Shown one piece after another: positions 59,669 to 64,000 of a stretch of DNA of 64,000 nt. Source of the stretch: Desulfosoma sp. (GTDB lineage: Bacteria; Desulfobacterota; Syntrophobacteria; Syntrophobacterales; DSM-9756); NCBI GenBank assembly GCA_037481835.1, contig JBBFKW010000001.1, forward strand, positions 203,503-267,502. The letters are read 5' to 3'. Position numbers and translations under genes: made by a program. Positions within the stretch are counted from its first letter, which is position 1, and the number at the start of each line of letters is the position of its first letter. The notes beneath the pieces are model-generated. The model did not search any database. It was not told the origin of the DNA and saw only the letters and a program-made list of their open reading frames with translations.

Positions 59669-59694
59669 AAAGGGCCCTCGGGGCCCTTTTTTTT
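59669..59694 (+). terminator. Intrinsic terminator after the selenoprotein gene
   Basis: AAAGGGCCC-TCG-GGGCCCTTT followed by TTTTT. Confidence 0.85.
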
Positions 59695-59742
59695 GCCTTT
59701 TTTCCGGGAAAGGATTGGAGTCGGGGAAAGTTTCCAAGGGGT

Positions 59743-61398
59743 TCAAAAGCGGCGGGACCGAATGATGGTCACGATGAGCCAGAGCCCAAAAAGGCCGGAG
59801 ACAAGGTAGCCGATGATGCCCAAAGCGGGATATCCGAACAGGGACGGTTCCACTCCCGTGGTAATGATCATGGAAGAGCCGATGATCATGGCGGCGATGA
59901 TGAGCCCCAGGGTCAGCCGGTTGGAAATGCTGTCCAACGTGCGTCTGAGATCCCCCAGGTTTTCGTGCTGAAACCGTACGTTCAATTCCCCGCGCTGCAT
60001 CTTGTCCAGGATCTGGAGAATCCGAGGCGGAACGTCCCGCTGCATCTGGGCCAGGTGCCGCAGTGTGCGCCGAAATCCCCGCAGCAGCTCGGGCGGCCTC
60101 CAGCGCTCCATGGACAGCCGTTTTACCAGGTCCTCGGCCTCTTCGATGACGTTGAGATCCGGGGCCAACTCCCGGGCCGTGCCTTCGGCCGTAATGAGGG
60201 CGCGGATCATCATGGCCAGGTCGGAAGGCAGGTGGAGTTTGTACTCGCGCAGCAGGGTGGCCATGTCCATGAGTAGTGAGCCCAAATTGATTTCTTTCAA
60301 GGGGAGGCCGTGGTAGGCATCGAGAAGATCCAGGATCTCCCGGTGGATCAGGGAGCGCTGTTCGGCGGAACTCCCTCGAGCGAATGCCAAAACGATTTCC
60401 AAAACCCTTTCGCTGTCCTTTTCCACAATGGCATGGATGAGATCGATGATTTCATAGCGGATATCGCGGCTCAACCGCCCCACCATGCCCCAGTCCAACA
60501 GACAGAGGGATCGGTCGCTTGTGACCAGAATGTTGCCGGGGTGCGGATCGGCGTGGAAAAAACCGTCTTCCAAAATCTGCTTGACCATGGCCTTCAAACC
60601 GAGGCGGGCCAGCTCAAGCCTTTCCCCTTCGGCGGCATCGGCCATGGCTTCGGAAAGCCGCCGGCCCTGGATGAGTTCCATGGTGAGGACGTGGCGCCGC
60701 ACGTAGGCATCGAAAACCCGAGGGGCGAAACAGTGCGTGAGGTTTCGAAAGTTGGCTCTGAAGATGCGGATGTTTCTCGCCTCCAGAGTAAAATCCAACT
60801 CGCGCATCATGGTTCGCCGCAGTTCCCTTGCCAAATTGGGCAGCTCATAGACCCTGAAGTCCTCGAGCCTTTCGTGGATTTCGTGAGCCACAACCTCTAA
60901 GATATACAAATCTTTCCTGATGATTTGGCCGATGCCGGGCCGTTGCACCTTGACCGCCACGGCCTCCCTGGATGAGGCCAGCACGGCGCGGTGCACTTGG
61001 GCCATGGACGCCGATGCCAGCGGCTCTTCTTCAAATTGGGAAAAAATATCCTCCAAGGGGCTTTCCAGGGATTTTTCCAAAACCGCGCGCACTTCGGCAA
61101 AGGGGACCGGAGCCACCTCTTCCCGGAGTTTTCTCAATTCCTGAATCAATGCATAGGGCAGGAGGTCCGGCCTGAGGCTCATCATCTGGCCGAACTTGAC
61201 GAAAGTGGGGCCCAGATCTTCCAAGGCCCGGCGGATTCTTTCGAAGGTGGTCGTTCCGGCTTCCAGGGGATGGCGGGATCCCGGCAGATAGCGCGTGGGA
61301 AAGCCGAGGCGGTTCAGAACATCATCGAATCCGTATCGAAAAAGGATGACGGCGATGTCCTTGAATCGCCCCAGATGCATGATGGTTTTGAAATCCAC
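59743..61398 (-). CDS. UbiB/AarF/ABC1-family atypical kinase
   Basis: LGPTFVKFGQ, ASASMAQVH, AVKVQRP, ELDF, FFHADPHPGN and LDWGMVG motifs; C-terminal transmembrane segments. Confidence 0.93.
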   Translation of the reverse strand: MDFKTIMHLGRFKDIAVILFRYGFDDVLNRLGFPTRYLPGSRHPLEAGTTTFERIRRALEDLGPTFVKFGQMMSLRPDLLPYALIQELRKLREEVAPVPFAEVRAVLEKSLESPLEDIFSQFEEEPLASASMAQVHRAVLASSREAVAVKVQRPGIGQIIRKDLYILEVVAHEIHERLEDFRVYELPNLARELRRTMMRELDFTLEARNIRIFRANFRNLTHCFAPRVFDAYVRRHVLTMELIQGRRLSEAMADAAEGERLELARLGLKAMVKQILEDGFFHADPHPGNILVTSDRSLCLLDWGMVGRLSRDIRYEIIDLIHAIVEKDSERVLEIVLAFARGSSAEQRSLIHREILDLLDAYHGLPLKEINLGSLLMDMATLLREYKLHLPSDLAMMIRALITAEGTARELAPDLNVIEEAEDLVKRLSMERWRPPELLRGFRRTLRHLAQMQRDVPPRILQILDKMQRGELNVRFQHENLGDLRRTLDSISNRLTLGLIIAAMIIGSSMIITTGVEPSLFGYPALGIIGYLVSGLFGLWLIVTIIRSRRF

Positions 61399-61438
61399 AC
61401 CGCCCCCTCCGCCGTCGAGCGAATTCCGACCCGGCAGC

Positions 61439-61759
61439 TTAGGCCGCGCCCAGGCGTTCTTCCAGCATGGACAGGCGCTTTTCCAGGTTTTCCACGCGGT
61501 CCTTCAGGGCATCCACCTCGCTGCGCCGCGCCACATCCACCCGTTCCACGGCCTTCTTGATGTTCTCACTGAGCGAGGTCTGGATTTCCTCCCACTGGCG
61601 TTCGCCGCTGCGGATGAGCTCCTCGGCCAGGCTGTCGGCCTCTTCCCTGGAAAGCTTTCCTTCCTCGACCAACGACTTGGTGGCTTTCTCCACCCGTTCC
61701 TTGGTCATCACCACGGCCCCCAAGCTGGCCAGAAGACCTTTTCTGATAAGCTCCAGCAT
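61439..61759 (-). CDS. Phasin-like (PhaF/PhaI-type) coiled-coil protein
   Basis: KGLLASLGA...LVEEGKLSREEA...RRSEVDALKDRVENLE pattern. Confidence 0.8.
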   Translation of the reverse strand: MLELIRKGLLASLGAVVMTKERVEKATKSLVEEGKLSREEADSLAEELIRSGERQWEEIQTSLSENIKKAVERVDVARRSEVDALKDRVENLEKRLSMLEERLGAA

Positions 61760-61820
61760 AAGTTCGCTCCTTCTCTTGGAAAGACCATGCCCGAATCCCC
61801 GCCGCCAGGATCTGTGTCCT

Positions 61821-62732
61821 TTACATGCCTTCGACGCGAAGCTCGATGTAGGCGTCCCCTCGCACCGGGGCCCCTCGGTGTTTGACTTGCTTGCCCAGGT
61901 TTTTCAACCGAAGGCGCGTTCCGCTGGAAACGCCGGGCGGGATCCTGACCGCAACCCTTTTGTTGTCAAGGTGGGGCAAGGCCACTTCCATAACGGTCCC
62001 GTGCAGGGCTTCTTCCAAATCGATGGTCAGCCGATACACCACATCGGCACCGCCGGCGCCTTCGGAAACGCCCGAGCTGTCCTTGCCGTCAAGGCCCACC
62101 CATTCCAAGGCTTTGCGCACCAGGCGTTTGCCCAAGTTCTTCCCCGCCTGGTAGAGAAGCGACGCCCCCATTTTCAGCACGGGAAGCACCAGAGAGGATT
62201 TCTGCGGAGTTTGAGAGAAACCGAAACCCTGGTCCGAACCCGATCGGCTCTCCGGCCGTTGGGTGTAGCGATGGACACGCACGCCTTGAGGCCCCCCCCA
62301 CATGGTCGTGCGAAAGACAAACGTCTTTCCCCCGAAAAACATGTCGTTGAGGAAACCATCATCGAAGCGAAAACCCATGCGCTCGAATTCTCGTCGCATT
62401 TCCGCGAAAATTTCCTGTGCCTGGCGGCTCGTGAAAAAATCGCGAAAGATGTCTTCCTGGCTGTAGCCGAAGCCGCCGGAAGGTCCATAGGCGCCCCCGC
62501 TCTGGAACCCCATGGCCCGATACCGGTCGTACTCCGCCCTCTTCTCGGGATCGGACAAAACGCCGTAGGCTTCGTTGATCTTTTTGAACCGTTCTTCCGC
62601 CGCAGGATCTCCCGGATTGCGGTCCGGGTGGGTCTCCAAAGCCAACTTTCGGAAAGCCTTCTTGATCTCTTCCGGCGACGCCTCTGGGGAAACCCCCAAA
62701 ATGGCGTAATAGTCGTTGCGGCCTGATGCCAT
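61821..62732 (-). CDS. DnaJ-family co-chaperone (J domain plus partial C-terminal domain, no zinc finger)
   Basis: [39 protein letters not shown] and GDAY motifs. Confidence 0.9.
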   Translation of the reverse strand: MASGRNDYYAILGVSPEASPEEIKKAFRKLALETHPDRNPGDPAAEERFKKINEAYGVLSDPEKRAEYDRYRAMGFQSGGAYGPSGGFGYSQEDIFRDFFTSRQAQEIFAEMRREFERMGFRFDDGFLNDMFFGGKTFVFRTTMWGGPQGVRVHRYTQRPESRSGSDQGFGFSQTPQKSSLVLPVLKMGASLLYQAGKNLGKRLVRKALEWVGLDGKDSSGVSEGAGGADVVYRLTIDLEEALHGTVMEVALPHLDNKRVAVRIPPGVSSGTRLRLKNLGKQVKHRGAPVRGDAYIELRVEGM

Positions 62733-63066
62733 AGCTGCTCCCTTTCCATCCTCAAGATTGCCGGCGTCCACCAACGCGCCCGTGACGCCGGACGTCCATA
62801 CGGGTCCTCCAGGGCACCGTTTTAAATCAGTCTATCATTATCCGACCGAACGCGGCACAGAAAATGTCGGCGCCGAAGAGCCGTGTCCCTGGGCTCTTGT
62901 CGGATCGGCCTTCATCGCCATCGGCGTCTTGTGAGATCCATCCCATGGGCAAGCTCCAACCCTTGAACACCGCCTTCTGCAGGAAACACCCGATCGCTGT
63001 CCGTCCTTTTATCAATCCGGTCAGGCCTCATCGAGAATATCGGGATGGAGGTTTTTCGTCGGCGCT

Positions 63067-64000
63067 TCAAGGCGAAGGGGCCGCTTCCGTGCGCGCACAG
63101 ACACCGCACGTTCGACACGCTTCATCTTGGGGGCACGGCTCCGAAGGGAGCCCCTCCATGGCATTTTCGTATTGAGCGCGCAGAAAGGATCTTTTCACCC
63201 CGTGATCCACGATTTCCCATGGAAAGAGCTCGTCGGCGCCCCGTTCCCGCATCACCCAAAAATCCGGGTTGAGGACCGACGTCTTCGCAGCCTGGCTCCA
63301 GTTCATGCGCTCCACCACGGTCTTTTCCAAAAGATCGCCCACCCGCCGATCCCCCCGGGCAAGAAGCGCTTGAACGTAGGCCCATTTGGGCAGATCGAAA
63401 TGCACTCGGACATTGGAGACTTTTCCCAAAGCCTGCTGGAGCCACTTCGCCTTGGACTTGAGGTCCCCGATTCCTGCGAACGCCGCCCATTGGAAAGGGG
63501 TAAAAGGCTTGGGCACGAAAGAATGGATGCTGAGCGTAATGACCCCCACCTTTTTCCGCCCCCGGCTCCGCTCCAACACCCGATGTTTGACCCTTTTGAC
63601 AAGATCGACGACGGCCGCCAGGTCTTCCCGCGTCTCCCCAGGTAGGCCGATCATAAAATAGAGCTTTAGGTGGAGAATGCCGCAATCGGTCAAGCGTTCC
63701 GCCGCCGAAAGCACATCCTCATCGCTTAGAGTCTTGCCGATGACCGCCCGCAGGCGCTCCGAACCCGCTTCGGGAGCCACGGCCACCGCCCTGAGGGCGC
63801 TCTCGCCGAGGGCCTTAAGAATATCGGGCGAGACCTTGTCCGCACGCAGAGAGGAAAAATGCACCTGAACGCCCCTTTGCAAAAGATGCCGACACAACTC
63901 GTCCATCTGAGGATGGTCGGATACCGCGGGACTCACGAGGCCGATCCTCGAAGTGTGCGGCAGCCATCTCTCCACGATGGACCTTATGGCTGAGACGGAA
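63067..64000 (-). CDS. Radical SAM protein, C-terminal part (YgiQ/TIGR03960-like; 5' truncated by window edge)
   Basis: SSLRAD, APEAGSERLR, LKLYFMIGLPGET, FVPKPFTPFQW, LLARGDRR, PWE and CRTCGVC motifs. Confidence 0.88.
   Translation of the reverse strand, partial: SVSAIRSIVERWLPHTSRIGLVSPAVSDHPQMDELCRHLLQRGVQVHFSSLRADKVSPDILKALGESALRAVAVAPEAGSERLRAVIGKTLSDEDVLSAAERLTDCGILHLKLYFMIGLPGETREDLAAVVDLVKRVKHRVLERSRGRKKVGVITLSIHSFVPKPFTPFQWAAFAGIGDLKSKAKWLQQALGKVSNVRVHFDLPKWAYVQALLARGDRRVGDLLEKTVVERMNWSQAAKTSVLNPDFWVMRERGADELFPWEIVDHGVKRSFLRAQYENAMEGLPSEPCPQDEACRTCGVCARTEAAPSP

Noticed and set aside
62775..63066. Small ORFs or ncRNA between the J-protein and radical SAM genes
   Set aside because: No frame has a convincing RBS or motif, and no recognisable RNA family signature is present.

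Overview
A GC-rich bacterial chromosomal window from a sulfate-reducing Desulfobacterota. The gene content and order suggest a Syntrophobacterales-type organism, but that placement is inference. Most of the window is housekeeping and energy metabolism. It holds a dissimilatory sulfite reductase locus in the order dsrD-dsrA-dsrB-dsrN-dsrC-ferredoxin, a tetraheme cytochrome c3, a fused ahbAB gene, cobT under a cobalamin riboswitch, glgA and glgC, rplU-rpmA-obgE, ychF, gatCA, uvrD-xth, mfd-surA-rodZ-recO-ccdA-tlpA, selA and several transporters. No prophage, CRISPR array, rRNA, tRNA or intact transposase was seen. The most interesting signals are: (1) an unannotated 518-aa protein (18097-19653) that appears to fuse a degenerate DprA/SLOG Rossmann domain to an AbiGi/DUF2971-like ADP-ribosyltransferase-fold domain; (2) a HesB/IscA-like selenoprotein hidden by an in-frame UGA (59307-59636), close to selA; (3) a 41-aa four-cysteine small protein with its own promoter, RBS and terminator directly upstream of rplU, missed by the ORF track; (4) two tandem CTAG-flanked MITE-like elements after selA, one carrying a REP doublet, with a decayed copy 55 kb away; (5) Rex-like operators at the dsrD and cytochrome c3 promoters, and a structured RNA spacer between dsrD and dsrA. 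All family calls come from motif recognition by eye; no database searches were run.
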